From Candidatus Undinarchaeota archaeon (GTDB lineage Archaea > SpSt-1190): 64,000 nt of DNA. Positions 1 to 15,000 of this stretch are shown in pieces. The notes below the pieces were generated by a model. The model made no database searches. It was not told where the DNA came from and was given only the letters and a program-made list of their open reading frames with translations. The stretch's first letter is position 1; the number at the start of each line of letters is the position of its first letter. A program made the position numbers and the translations under genes. Location of the stretch: assembly GCA_964449215.1 (NCBI GenBank), contig CAYVAH010000001.1, positions 32,865-96,864 on the forward strand, in the 5' to 3' direction.

Positions 1-1
1 C

Positions 2-3000
2 ACCACCCTGAACATCACAGAGATAAGATATACCTGGAAATATGGTATGCTCTTCAATGAAAGTCAAAATGCATTCACCAGGCTGAAAATATACGAGTAT
101 GTTCCCCTGATGGAAAATGCCACACTCTACATAAATGGAAACAGCAGCAGGACAACAGGGGGCTGGGGAGAAAACTTCACCCATTCACTCTGGGTAAGGG
201 ATCGCTTCGGGAGGAATGTATCGGTGTATTTCTGGCACAGGATTGTGGGCAATGAATGGGTGCTCGTGGACAACAGCACCTGTGCCTCCTGCGGAAGCTG
301 GACCCAGATGAATTTCAGCTACAACTACCAGCCGGATGACATAAACACCTGGGAATTCAAGTTCAACGCCACGAACGATGACGGGAACAACAGCCTTGAA
401 GGTTTTGTATATGTTGTCGAGAGGGACGACGTCATCCTGAACTTAAACAAGCCGGAGAATTATGAAATTGTAAACAGGAGCGGATCATATACATTCTCCA
501 CGCGGATATATGACACAGATAATCAGACATACCCGGATGGAACAATAGGAAAAATCTTTGTGTCAATATTCGACCAGAAAAACTTTGAAGACTCACCACC
601 GCCGCTATCCGCATCGGATGGCTGGCTGAACCGCACCGTAACCAATGATGACTGGTGCTCAAATGAAGGATGGTACTATCTGGGGAACCATAGCTGGTAT
701 ACCGCCACCACAGGGGACCAGTACATAAAGGACAACTCCAGCGCCGTAAGGAATTTCACCCTGATGGGAACCCTCAGTAACACAATCACCGAGTTGATAG
801 GGGAAAACGTGAGCAAAGAATACAACTCAACTGTAATAATAGAAGGGAATGTAACAACTGATTGTGGCGTGACTGTCACTTCACCAACCGCGAAGTTTAA
901 CCTCACCAATGGCCAGTATTACTGGGAGTGCACGGGGACTCCTGTCGGCAATACCTACCAATGCAACTTCCCAACATCTTCCGCACCCTATGGGTGGTAT
1001 AACATAACAATGCTTTCAAATCAGAGCCTTTATTGGGATGGATTTGCACAGCAAGTTGCTTCATTTTATCTGGCGAGCGTGCCGGATGTGAATGCAAGTG
1101 TTGACAACCTCGAGGCTCCCTGGGGGAAGAGCCCGTTCAATTTCACGTCATATGTCACGGACCAGGACAATGATACGGTGACCATCAGGTTCTGGCTCAA
1201 GAAAGGTTCAGGATCCTGGGACAATGAACACACAGACACCAAATCAAACACCAGCAACTATCTCACATATTACGAACGCACATTCACCTGCCCCGGCCCA
1301 AATGACGTTGGCACGTGGTACTTCAAAGTCAACGCAACAGATACGTCCGGCTACTGGAACGAAACCTCAATTATTCAGTTCAACGTCACCAAAGAGCCAA
1401 TCTGGGTGATGCACTACCTCGGCGATGGAAAAACAATCAACAGGAGCGATAACGAACCGGATACCCAAACACGGCTGGCCGTCAGGCTTTATGACTACAT
1501 TCTCAACACCAACCGCACAGATCTACTGGATTCAAATGTGCTCTTCTGGGTAAATGGCACATCATTCGTATCAACTCTGAACAGCAGTGGTAAAAACTAC
1601 TACCACGACTACAAACCGACCTGCTCATTCCCGGCAGGAAATCTCAGCTGGAAAGCCAATTTCTCGGGGGAATCCTGCTATGCTGACAATTCGAGTGTTA
1701 ACTTTAATATTGTTGTGATGGGGACTCTCAATGGCAGCCTCATCGTGCCAGACGGCAATACCAACTATTCGCAAGGCGAACTCTTCAACATCACCCTCAA
1801 CTTGACAGACGACTGCAATCAGACCATTGGGGATGCAGATGTGTGGTTTAACCTCACAAATACAAGAACGGGTGACTGGTATAGGTGCCCATCAAGTGGC
1901 TACGCACAATTCAACGGCACTTACTATCTATGCGAAGTCAATACTTCCGAATTCAAGGGCGGCTGGTTTGACATATATGTGAATGCAACAAGGCAGTATC
2001 ACTGGTCATACATCAAAAACTATCAAAATATCTATTTCCAGATAACGCCCGTTACTTTGAGTTCGCCACAACACAGCGCTCCGGGTGATGGCGGGTGGGG
2101 TGAGAACCACAGCTTCTCTGTGATAGTGGACCACTATGCGGATGTCCAGGTGTGCCTACTGGAAGACCTCGGAAGTGGATGGGAAATAACAGAGTGCAAG
2201 TCAATCCCGCAACCAACCAACCAGCAGGTCTTCTTCTACAGGACATACGACTGTGGGCCCGCGAGCAGCTTCGTTTCATATAAATTCAATGCAAGTGAAC
2301 CGGGAGTGCCAAGCACGCTCTCAAACACAACATCACAGAACCATTTCATCCAGAAGGATGACGTCCAGATTGTATACATAAAGGGCAATGAAAGCACGGT
2401 CAACAGGAGCAGTGGATACACCCCCTTCATCCTCCTGATAAACGACACAGACAAAGGAGAACCCGCTCCGTATGTCCAGAGCTATGATTCCCCAAGGGTC
2501 AGGTTCTTCGTCCACAATGGAACAACTTACCTTGAGGATGGAAGCAACGTGACAAACTCATCAGGTTATGTGGAATACAGATTCAACCCGAGTTGCAGCT
2601 ATGAGAGAGGTAGGGCAACCTGGTACGGATCAACAACCCTTGATGCCTGTTACAAAGCCGAGAACTCAGGCACCTACAACGTCACAATCCTGGCGGACAT
2701 TGCACCGAACATAACCTATCCAAATGGCGAAACTTTCTACAGGCTGGCTTCTCTGGTGATAAACATAACAGTTGAATACAAAGACGAATGTGGATTGCAT
2801 TACCTGAATGCAAGTGCTAACTACACCCTGATAAGCAGAGGGTTCGGAACCCACTATAACTGCACAAGCATAGATGACTACGAAAATGGCACTCAAATCT
2901 GCCATTTCGATGCGTCGTTTGCGGATCAGGGATACTATGATGTGAACATCACTGCATGGGGTGTTGAATACCACAACAATGCCACTTATCGGAAGAACAA

Positions 3001-6000
3001 GACATTCAACCTCATACAACTGTGGAAGCCACCAGTCCTCCAGAATGAGACAGTGACTCCTGAGCAGGATGGAGGTTGGGGAGAAAACTTCACGTTCTCC
3101 GTGAATGTAAGTGATGAGAACGCTGAAGACGTGAATGTTAGTTTGTGGCTGAGTCCGGACAACTCAACCTGGGAGTGGATCGAAACCCAGACCTGCTATG
3201 ACTGCGGTTCAATAACTCAACTTGATTTCAATTACAGGGATTATGACTGCTCTGATAAAGGGACGCAGTATTTCAAGTTCAACGCCACCGATTCCCACAA
3301 CTCAACTGACCGAACTGGATTGAACTTCACCGTATATGCCGATGATGTCCAGTTCTTATATGAGGGCCTCTCCACAGGAAACGATACAACTGTGAACAGG
3401 TGGGCGGGACAGTTGCTGAAAATAAGGGTCTATGACCCTGACAATGAAACCTATCTGCCAGATTCTGAAAACACACGATTCTGGGTCACCACTGATGGAT
3501 CGTCCTGGGGTGCCCCGATGGACTCTCAGACAGACAGCAGTTACACCAACGTTACCTTTACACCCGACTGCAACTATCAAGTCGGTCCACAGCTCTGGAA
3601 GGTCGGGACATTCGGAAATAACTGCTACAAAGACACCAATTCCACACTCCATCTCACCACGACAATAACTGGCTACATGTCACTCACAATTGACCAGCCC
3701 TCAGGTGAAATGTTCTTTGAAGGTGATAACGTCACAACCCGTGCGAACATCACAGATGAGTGCGGGTCCCCAACAATAGCAGATGCCACCGTAGCGTTCA
3801 ACGTCTCTCATGACAGTTTTTCAGCCCAGTGCAAACCCGTGCAGAACGAAGGAACAGGATGGTATAACTGCACCTGGAACGTCACCGGGTCTCCCGGCGG
3901 CTGGTACAGCGTGGGAATGAACGCAAGCAGGCAGTATTACAACAACGCCTCCACTATCAAGACAAATGCATTCTTCCATGAGATTGCACCTGTCCTGAGC
4001 GGTGAATATGTCACACCGAATGAAAGTCACTGGGGGACGGAATACACCTTCAAAGTGAATGTGACTGATGAAGATGACACGGTAAGAGTGAAGCTGTACC
4101 ACCGAAAATGGCCATCAACGCTGTGGTCCGAAGTCGAAACGCAGTATTGCAGCGACTGTGTAAACAAGACGCTGACCTTCAAGAGGACCTACACCCAGAC
4201 CGAGATAGGGACATGGGAATGGAAGTTCACCTCAACCGACGATGATCTCTGGTTCAACACGAGCGTCCACAACCTGACTGTGAATAAGAGGAATGTTATA
4301 GTGGAATACTACAGAGGAAACGAAAGCAACGTAACAAGATACGGCGATAATTCAACGCTGTTAACACTCGTGGTCAAGGACGCCGTCTCTAACTCCCCAA
4401 TAGGTCAGGGTCTGGATGGTGGTTTTTGGGTCACGACCAACGGCACAAGTTGGGGACCCAAAATCCCGGAGTCCACCGAAGAGGGAAGCTATCTCAACCA
4501 CAGCTTCAAGCCGGACTGCACCTATCAGACAGGAAAACAGAAATGGAAGGGCGGTGTCGATGAAAGCACGTACTACTACGCCGGTAACTCCTCGGAATAT
4601 AACGTGAGCATATACTCAATAATCAACGGAACCATAAATATCCCGAATGGCACCCGAATGGTGAGGGGCAGCGTTCTGGAAATCTATGGAGATGTCGGAG
4701 ACGAGTGCCCAGGTCTTACCAAGGGTGCAACAGTGAAATACAGGATATACAAGGGAATTGAGTTCATCCCGTCACCTGACCCGGCAAACGACCTGAACAA
4801 CGGCACATACAACGCCAGCTGGGACACCACAGGAGCAGCCCTGGGATGGTACAATATTACAATGAACATCTCAAAGGAATATCATTTCGATTATTACAGG
4901 AAGAAAGTTAATGCGTTCTATCTTGGATCGGGCACGGAGCTGCGCAATCCCTGGGTGGACAACTCACAGGACGGGTGGGGGTACAACTACACCTTCAAAG
5001 TTGAGGTCAGGGATGTTGAAAACGACGTGACAAATGTGAGCCTGTGGTATTCCAATTCATCCAGCGGGCCGTGGAAGTTGATAGACTGGCAGGAGATTCA
5101 GACCACCGTGTTCGAGAATGTTACATTCCACCACAGCTTCGAGTGCCAGGACTATTTTGACGGACCCACCACATATTACAAGTTCCTGGCAAATGACTCG
5201 AATGGTTTCATGGACGAAACTTCCCCACAGACAATCATACTCGAGCAGGATGACCTAGGATTCATAATAGAATCTGGATCAGGGGCCAGCATAGACAGGG
5301 AAGGAATCAACCCGTTTACATTCATAGTCAGCATAAACGACACAGATGCTGGAAAACTCGTTGGGGAGGGATTAAATGGCAGTTTCTACTTCACATACGA
5401 TTCCACGGAATTTGATGCAGGTCACAACACGACAACCAACGCCACCGGACAGATTCTCTACGACCACGACCCGAACTGCACATACACCACAGGGGTCCAG
5501 CTGTGGTATGTATCAATGCATGACAATGCCTGCTACAAGGACACGGATATGGGAACAAGCACATATTCCGTGATAGGCCAGCTAAAGAACAACATAGACA
5601 TTCCTATATTTGGTTCGGAGTTCAACGTCACGAACCGGATACTTATAAGATTCAACGTAACATCGGACTGTGAAGAGGAAGGAGGAATAAATGACACCAG
5701 CTCTGTGGAAATAACACCGAAGCATAATGGCACAGGAACGGAATACTCCTGCAGCGAGAATAATGAAGGTGATGGTTACTACAACTGCAGCTGGGACAGC
5801 ACAGGAAAACCGGAAGGAAACTACACCATAATTCTTCAGAGTTCCAAGGGCTCCTACAATTCCAACACCACAATACTGATGAACTGGTTCTGGCTGGAAA
5901 ATCTACCAACAAACTACACCCGCCAGTGGGTCAGCCCCAGCACTGGAGGTTGGGGTGAGAAATTCCAGTTCAACGTAACCGTGAATGACACGGAAGGGGA

Positions 6001-9000
6001 CACGGTCACCTGCAAGCTCTATGTGAACACGAGTGATGGCTTCGTTTACAAAGGGACGGACACAATCACAGGCACTGCCGGAATTGACACGGTAGGAAAC
6101 TGCTCTGTGGAAGTGAATGACTTCTCCTGTGGAGAGCAAGGGACTGCCGAATTCAAGTGGGAAATAACTGACGGAACAGCAAGCAATCCGTTGAACACCA
6201 CTGTGACGAGCGGACCCACCATAGAGCAGGACGATACCGTGACAGAATATCTCCTCGGAAACGGCTCCTATGTCAACAGATCAGGAGGTGTGACCGAACT
6301 TATTTTGAGGATAAATGACACCGATAGAGGAATTTATGTCCAGTCAAACGGAACTGTCTGGGTGTATGACGGTTCATACTTCCCGTGGAGCAACCGCTCC
6401 AACTCGACAGGACACCTGAAAATAGAGTTCACACCCGATTGTTCCTATTCCGCTGGGCTGTGGAACTGGGTTGGAGGCGCACATGGCGATGACTGCTACA
6501 AGGACTCCAACGTCAGCGGATACCTGGTCGTGAACATAACTGGGTGGATGAACACCAATGTGATAAACCCGGATGGAGAAAAATTCCTCAGGGGAACCAA
6601 CATAACAATATGGGCGAATGTGAGTGATGAGTGCAACAACTCGGTGGTTGGAGTCGCCCTCAACTTCACCATGAGAAGTGACCAGACCGGAAGCCTCTAC
6701 TACTGTGCCCCAATATATGATGAAGGAACGGGATACTACAACTGCACTTTCAACACCAGTGGAATGGACACGCAGTGGTATGACATAATCAGCAATTCCT
6801 CACGCCAGTACTTCAACCCGGCCAGTGACACCAAGGATAACGCGTTCTGGGTTGAAACTGCACCATTCCTGTTCGCACCTTTAGTGGACCCGGGTGTTGG
6901 AGGTTGGGGAGAAACATTTTCACCGAAGGTCAATGTAACGGATTATGACTATGATGATCTTACAGTAACCTGCGAGAAACGAAAGAACGGGACCAGCACA
7001 TGGTACTCCTGCGGCGCTCAAGGCAAGAAAGGAATAAACCAGCAAGCGGTGTTCTCCACCACATTTTCATCCGCCGATATAGGCAACTGGACAATCCGGT
7101 TCAATGTTACCGAGGATGACGGTGACATATGGAATGACACAATCGAAACCAACTTCACACTCGAGAAGGATGATACTGAAATACATTATGTGGATGGCAA
7201 TGAGAGCAGTGTAAACCGTGTATCCGGAATAGCTCAGCTCAAGCTCAAAGCAGTGGATACGGACAATTCCGGGCAGCAGATATCCTCCCAGCCAGCGGCA
7301 ATCTGGGTAACCACCGACGGATCCACTTGGGGGAGTGCATGGACGACCTCAACCCTCACAGATGGAACCATATCCGTTGACTTCAATCCCGGTTGCGAAT
7401 ATGATGTGGGCAAGCAAAAATGGAGGGGAGGACTCCGGCTGAATGATTACTGGAAGATGTCCAACTCCAGCGAGTTTAATGTGACCATAACCTCGGAAGC
7501 CAAGCCATACATAATAAAGCCGAAGAGCAAAATAGCCCTGAGAGGTGTAAATGATATTGAGCTGAAGGGGAACCTTACCGACCTGGGTGACTGCGGGCTG
7601 GTTTCCGGAGGTTCACTGAGCTTCTTTGTTCCAAGTGAGAATTACTATGAATGCTCTGCCACGGACCTCGGGAACGGGAACTACAGCTGCACAATACCTG
7701 CTGCAACCACGGGGAGCTGGGCATACGGCTGGCATAACCTGACATTCAACGGGACCCGCGAATATTTTGCCGTGTATAATGACACCGTGGTGGATTCGTT
7801 CTACCTTGCGGACGACCCCGAGCTGATAAATCCACATGTGAGTCAATCAAGCGTCCCGTGGGGAACCCAGCTAAACTTTGACGTAACCTTGATAGACCTC
7901 GATCCAGACAACAAGACGGTATATTTCTGGATAAAGAGACCCGGGCAGGACTGGAAACTCGAGAACAGCACTCTATATGTTGGAGCTACTGATGGTGACG
8001 GGGAGCTCATACAGTTCCCATTCATGACAAACTGCTCCGATGTTGGAACTGACTACTTCAAGTTCAACGTTACAGACACCTCCGGGTATAATGATACCAC
8101 TTCAGGGACGGACCAGTTCACAATACAGGAGCACGGAGCATTGCTGATAATAGAAGGTGGTGCAGGGGACGATGTCAGAAGAGAGGGAGACAACTTCGCC
8201 AACCTGAGTGTCAGGGTAAGAGACCAGACCACCGCAGAATATGTCGGCGCGGGAGTGAACGGAAGTTTCTGGATACCCAACAAGACAGAAAATGAAACAA
8301 TATTTGTCCAAACCAATGGGTCAGGGTATTTCAACTACCAGTTTAACCCGAACTGCACTCATGACATAGGCACACTGAACTGGAAGGTTGGGGTGGTCAA
8401 TGACATGTGCTATGTCGATGTTAACACAAGCTCCACCGTAAATGTTTATGGGCAGCTGAAGAACAATTTGCTGCTGCCGGCTTATGATGATAGCTACAAT
8501 GTGATGGACCCTGTGCCGGTGAGGTTCAACGTCTCGACAGACTGCCCGGGAGAAGGGCTTGTGGAGAATGCGACCACAACCGTGGAAATGGTGTCTCCAG
8601 GGTCCGGGGCGTTCGCATGCACACCTGTGCATAATGAAAGCGGCGGGTGGTACAACTGCACCTGGGACAGCACGGGAATGGAAGAGGGATACTGGGACAT
8701 TCGGCTGAACAGCAGCAATGAGTATTTTGACGACAACTCAAGCACATATGGGAACTGGTTCTGGCTGGAGAATGTGCCGGTGACGGCAGAAAACAGCACC
8801 GTCTGGGTGATGAACTGGACGGTGGGGGGGTGGGAATCCGCCAATCTGAGTGAGAGGCATGGGTGGACCAGAGAATTCAATTTCACCATAAACGTCAATG
8901 ATACAGAAGGCGATAATGTTACCTGCAGGCTCTGGATAAAACACAATTCTACGGGAGAGTGGAGCATTGCCGGGAGTGACGCCATTCAGGGCACACCCGG

Positions 9001-12000
9001 GATCCCAACCCAAGGGGAATGCAACGTCAGTTACCAGGGATTCTCCTGTGCGGATATAGGCACGAACGACTTCCTGTGGGAACTACAGGACGGGGAAACC
9101 GCAAACTACTGGAACACCAGCATAGAAAGTTTGAAGCTCAGGGAATCGGAAACAAATATAACAATAAGCGCAGGAGACGGCATGCAGATAGACAGGAACT
9201 ATGAGACTCTACCAATGACCGTTTTCGTATTCGACAAGGACAACAATGAATGGACCAGTGGAGTAAATGTAAGTTTCTGGGTCAGTCATGATAATCTGAA
9301 TCCTGAGCTTGACACCGTAAAGAAAACATCCGCTGGAAATGCCACATACTGGTTCTCCCCCGATTGCTCATATACCGTTGGCATCCAGAACTGGATGGCC
9401 GGGGTAAGTGATGGTTGCTTCCAGGACGTCAACACCAGCCAGTCAACAGCAACAATCTTTGGAACCCAGACACACTACCTGCTCTCGCCTGATGGAGAAG
9501 CCAGTCTGCGCGGAACTAACGTGACAATTCGAGGCAACATCACAGACGACTGTGGAAACGGACTGGACGATGCATATGTGAACTTCACGATGACCAGTGA
9601 TTTCACGGGAGAAATGTTCTATTGTGCACCGATAAGCAACGAAGGAACCGGATACTACAACTGCACCTTCAACACCAGCGGGATGCCAGCACGCTGGTAT
9701 GACGTAACGCTCAACGCCTCGAGGGATTATCACCACGATGGAAACGAGAGCTGGGACAACAGCTTCTTTGTCTCGACCGAGCCCATACTCACAACACCAA
9801 AGGTCAACACAAGCACCTATGATGGGGATGATGGACCCGTCGGTGGATACTCTGAATTCTTCAATTTCTCCGTGGTTGTCACGGATGAGGATGGCGACAC
9901 TGTCACCGCGGATCTCTGGCTGCGGTTCTGGAACAAGACAACAAACAGCTGGAATAGCTGGACTCATGAAGGGTTAAAAATATGTGCAGACTGCAACAAC
10001 ACCGTGCTTTCATACACAAAATACAACTTCTTATGTGAAAATATGGGAACCTGGCAATACAAGTGGAACGCGACCGACCAGTCGGACAATCCACCGGGTG
10101 AGGGGATAGAATACTCTGATGAGGTCTCACCAAACAACTTTACTGTAGAAGAGGACGACATACTGATAGAATATTATGCGGGAAGCGGGGGGTGGATATG
10201 GAGAAACGGAACAGAAACTGCAACCCTCAGCACAAAAGTCTGGGACGTTGATGACCAGAGATACCTCTCTACAGGAGAGGCAAGCGGCACTATATGGATA
10301 ACAAGGGATGGAACCAACTGGGATGATGGAAACCTCCTTAGTGTGCTGGCAGGCTTCTTTAACTTCACGTTCCAGCCGGACTGCACAAACAATTACAGCG
10401 TAGGGTTACAAAACTGGATCTCGGGAACCACCGGAAACTCATGCTTCAAGAATGCAAACTCCTCCACTCACAACATTACACTGAAAACGTATATGACCGG
10501 CCAGAAAGACTATCCGGATGGTGATGCCTACGAGCGCGGGAAGCTTGTAAACTTCAGTTACTATGTGGAGGACGAGTGCTCAGTCGGTATAACTGAATTA
10601 ACAAGAACACTGAAACTCAAATCGGGAACTACAACATACACGATAACTTCCGGAATAACTGACCACGGCAACGGCACATACACATACAGCTGGGATTCTG
10701 AAGGTAAGGTCCTGGGGTGGTATAACACCTCATTTGAGGTCAGCAAGGAACATTACGTGCCACTTAACATATCTGATAGCGATGTTTTCTACCTTGGAGA
10801 ACCACCGGAGCTTCAACTCGAGAGTGTTGATAAAATACTTGGGGGTTGGGGGGAAAGCTGGCATTTCCAGGTTCAGTGCAGGGACCTCGAGGGAGACACA
10901 GACATGGTCTACCTCTGGCTTAAAAAGAACTCCACAGCCCAGTGGGAGCTCCGCTCTCAACAATCCTGCACATCCACATCCTTCCTCATCCTGGACTTCT
11001 ATGACAATTACACCTGTGACTACATAACCCCACAAGCAGATAACACACTGTGGAAGTTCAACGCGAGTGATCAGTGGAACTTCACAGACGAAACCCCCGA
11101 ACACACAATAACCATAGAAAAGGATGATGTCAGCATAGAGCACGTATCAGGACATCTTGGCAACGTTGATAGAGAAGGTTTTGGCACAGTGACCCTTGCA
11201 GTGCGCGCCTACGACCCGGATAAGCTTGAATATCTCCCGGCTGGCAGGAGTGGAACAGTTTATGTAACAACGGACGGCTCCAGCTGGGACTCCGGAAACA
11301 CCAACAGCACGGACTCTTCCGGGAACGTCTATTTCATATTCAACCCCAACTGCTCCTATGGAACAGGAATCCAGAAGTGGCGGGGTGGAATAGAGGGAGA
11401 CTCCTGCTATAAGGATAGCTTCAGTCCTGACTTCACCCTGACAGTTTATGGTCAGCTAAAGATAGCACTTGACCAGCCACCGGAAGGAAGCACCTACCAG
11501 ACAACGGAAATCGTTGATATTCGACTGAATGTGAGCACTGATTGCCAGGATGAAGGACTCCTGAACGACTCCACGGTCAATATCACGTTGAACTCGCCGC
11601 TGGATGATTCAGAGTCCTGCACCCCTGTGAATAATGAAGGCGATGGTTACTACAACTGCAGCTGGGACACAACACTCAAGATGCCCGGATACTGGGACAT
11701 TTTCACCAACGCCTCGAGGGAGTATTACCATCACAACTACACGCAATACAACGACTGGATAGAGCTGAAGAACTCCCCGACCCAATACAGCGATATGAAT
11801 GTCACTCCCCAAGTCTCCGGGTGGGGAGACCTTTATAACTACTCTGTCAACATCAGCGATCCGGACTTCGACTCCGTAAACTGCACCCTGTATATATCCA
11901 CAAACGGTGGATCAAGCTATCAATCAATCGACACGATGATCCTGCCGGGTGGTAATGGAACCTGCTATTTCGAGAAGGAATACTCCTGTGATGACATTGG

Positions 12001-15000
12001 CGAGGACAACTATTTCTATTTCGTACTGAAGGACGGTTATAACTTGGTCCAAACGGATACCGTGCAGGGACCAAACATAACAAAGGACACACTGTCCATA
12101 CAGCATGAAACCGGGGACGGTGGAGAGGTCAACAGGAGCGTTAACTCTCTCACACTGAGGGTCAACGTAACGGACCTCGACAAAGAAACAATCGCTGATG
12201 ACAACATAGTTGTGTATTTCAATATCACCACCGACGGCACGAACTACATACTTGAGGACCAGGATAACACCACCCAGGGTAAAGCAAGCATAGATTTCGG
12301 TCCGGACTGCACCTATGATGTTGGGAACCAGAAATGGTTCGCATACACCGAAAACACCACCTGCTACTACCCGGCCAACACCAGCGAATTCAACCTCACA
12401 ATCATTGGCAAGCTCCAGAACACAGTAATTCTGCCAAATGGAACCGAACACTATATTGGTGAGGATAATGTCACCATACGGGTAAATGTGACAGATGACT
12501 GCGGTGACCTGATAGATGCTGAATACATAAACTTCAGTTCAATAAATCAGGACAGTTCGCAGAAATTTTACTGCTCGCCGATAGTTCATGAAGGGACGGG
12601 CTACTACAACTGCACCTTCAACACCAGCGGGATGCCAACAAGATGGTATGACGTCGAGGTGCACTCAAACCTGACATTCCACACCCTGAGCACAGCCACA
12701 CGAACAAGCGCGTTCTGGATAGAAACGCGACCAACGATATCCCTTGTGTCTGTAACCTCAGAACAGGGCGGATCGGTCGGCGGCTGGGGAGAAACATGGA
12801 CATACAAGGTGAACATAACGGACCTCGACAAGGACGAGGTAAAGGCATACCTTTGGGAGAGACCTGCCGGTGGGGAATTCCATCTGATATCTCCGTCAGG
12901 CAAGAGTAAGCCAGCCGGGATAGCCACACAGATTGTCACATTCACATATGCAGGGTATTCCTGCACCGACCTCACCACAAGCGCCAACAGGGAGTGGTTC
13001 GTGAATGGAACAGATGATCCGTCCGGAGAAATCAAGGATCCCGCCAACACATCTGTCGGCAGCTTTACCCTTGAGAGAAATGACATATTGATCTCACTTG
13101 ATCAGGGGAATAACTCAATGCTCAACCGCAGCAACGTGACCAACGGAGAACGCGCCAAGCTACGGGTTCACATACAGGATACCGACAGGGGCAGTTCAAT
13201 AAACACACAAGACACCGCGAAATTCTGGGTAACCACTGACGGGTCCAGCTATGCACTTGATAAGCAGACAACAACCGTTGAGCCTGGTGGGTATGTCAGT
13301 GACAATTTCCCAACTGCCAACAAATGCAATTATGATATTGGACCACAGAAATGGAAGGTTGACTTCGGGGAAACCTGCTACAAACCAACCATGAGTGATG
13401 AATGGAACATAACGCTATTCACCAATCCGCTAATGGTGACCTTGTACGAGCCAGATGGTGGAACATACAGGCAAAGTGAAGATGACATAAATTTCACGGG
13501 AATGGTTTCCGACGACTGTGGTGGAGTCGCAGGAGCAACTGTTGAGTTCAAGGCAAAACAGGGTCCCGAGACCAAATCGTGCACCTCCATCAACGACAAA
13601 GGAAACGGTAATTACAGCTGCACAATCCCCGCTTCCTCGACATCAACCTGGATTCTTGGATTTTACAACACGACGATAAACGCAAGTAAGCAATACTATA
13701 ACTCAAGCGATGTTCTACAAATTGATGATGGTCTGAAACTCGTAACGGATCCTTCTATAGAAAACATGCAAGTTTCAACGAGTGACTCCAACAATCCATT
13801 TGGGTGGGGGGAACTATGGACCTTCGAAGTCCAGCTATATGACAGTGACCAGGACACATACAACTTCGAAAAGGTGAACGTCAGTCTGAACTACTACAAC
13901 GGAACAAAATGGGTTGTTCTGAACACAACAATATGCAGTGCTCCAGACTGCGCAACAACATCTTTCATCGACTTCTACAGGTACTTCACCTGCGACAACA
14001 TTGGAACGGACATACCATTCAGCTTCACAGCCGAGGACTACTGGGGTTACAAAACAACCTACAACTTCACACAGACCATAACAAAAGATGACGCAGAGAT
14101 AACAATAACCCTGCAGCCTTCAAGCGTTGACAGAGAAGGTGGGATGGAAACGTTGCAGGCGCGTGTGTTTGACAAAGATCATTTCGTGTATCCGGGTACC
14201 GGTGTCAACACAAGCTTTGAAGTCACCTACGATGGCAGTAACTTCGACACACCTGTGTATAAGGCCACAGATTCGGGAAGTTACGCCTCTTACGATTTCA
14301 ATCCAAATTGCAGCTATGGAGTTGGCCAGCAGACATGGAAAGTAAGCGTACTGACTGACAGGTGCTACTCCTCATCATTCCTTGGATCTCCCTCGGCATT
14401 CATCACAGTGCTCGGTCAACTCAAGAATAACCTCATGGAACCTGAGAATGGATCAAGCTTCAACATACTTGTGGATTCTGTCTTCCTGAGGCTCAACATA
14501 AGCACCGACTGCCAGGGCGAAGGTCTCCAAGAAAATGCCACCACCACTATCGAGCTAATCTCTCCATATGGTCAGGTCTATAACTGTACTCCTGTGAAAA
14601 ACGAAACAGGAGGGTACTACAACTGCACCTGGGACACAACAGGAAAAGCTGAAGGGTGGTGGGATGTACGACTGAATTCAAGCAAGCAGAACTACAACAA
14701 GAATTCCACAACATACTGTGATAGATTCTGGCTCGAGAATTCCCCGCCAACCACCCAGAATGAAACCATACGGGTATTCAACTACAGCTCGGGAAGCTGG
14801 TACAACAGCCTCACCGGAGCCTGGAGCGCCCTCTACAATTATTCCATAAACGTGACAGACTTTGAGGGAGATGAAATAAACTGCAGCCTGTGGATAAGTA
14901 AGGACAACGGAACCAGCTGGGAGATGGTAGGTTATGACTTCCACTCGGCAACATACGGAACCACGAACAATGTCTATTGCTCCGTGGTGTATCAGGGCTT

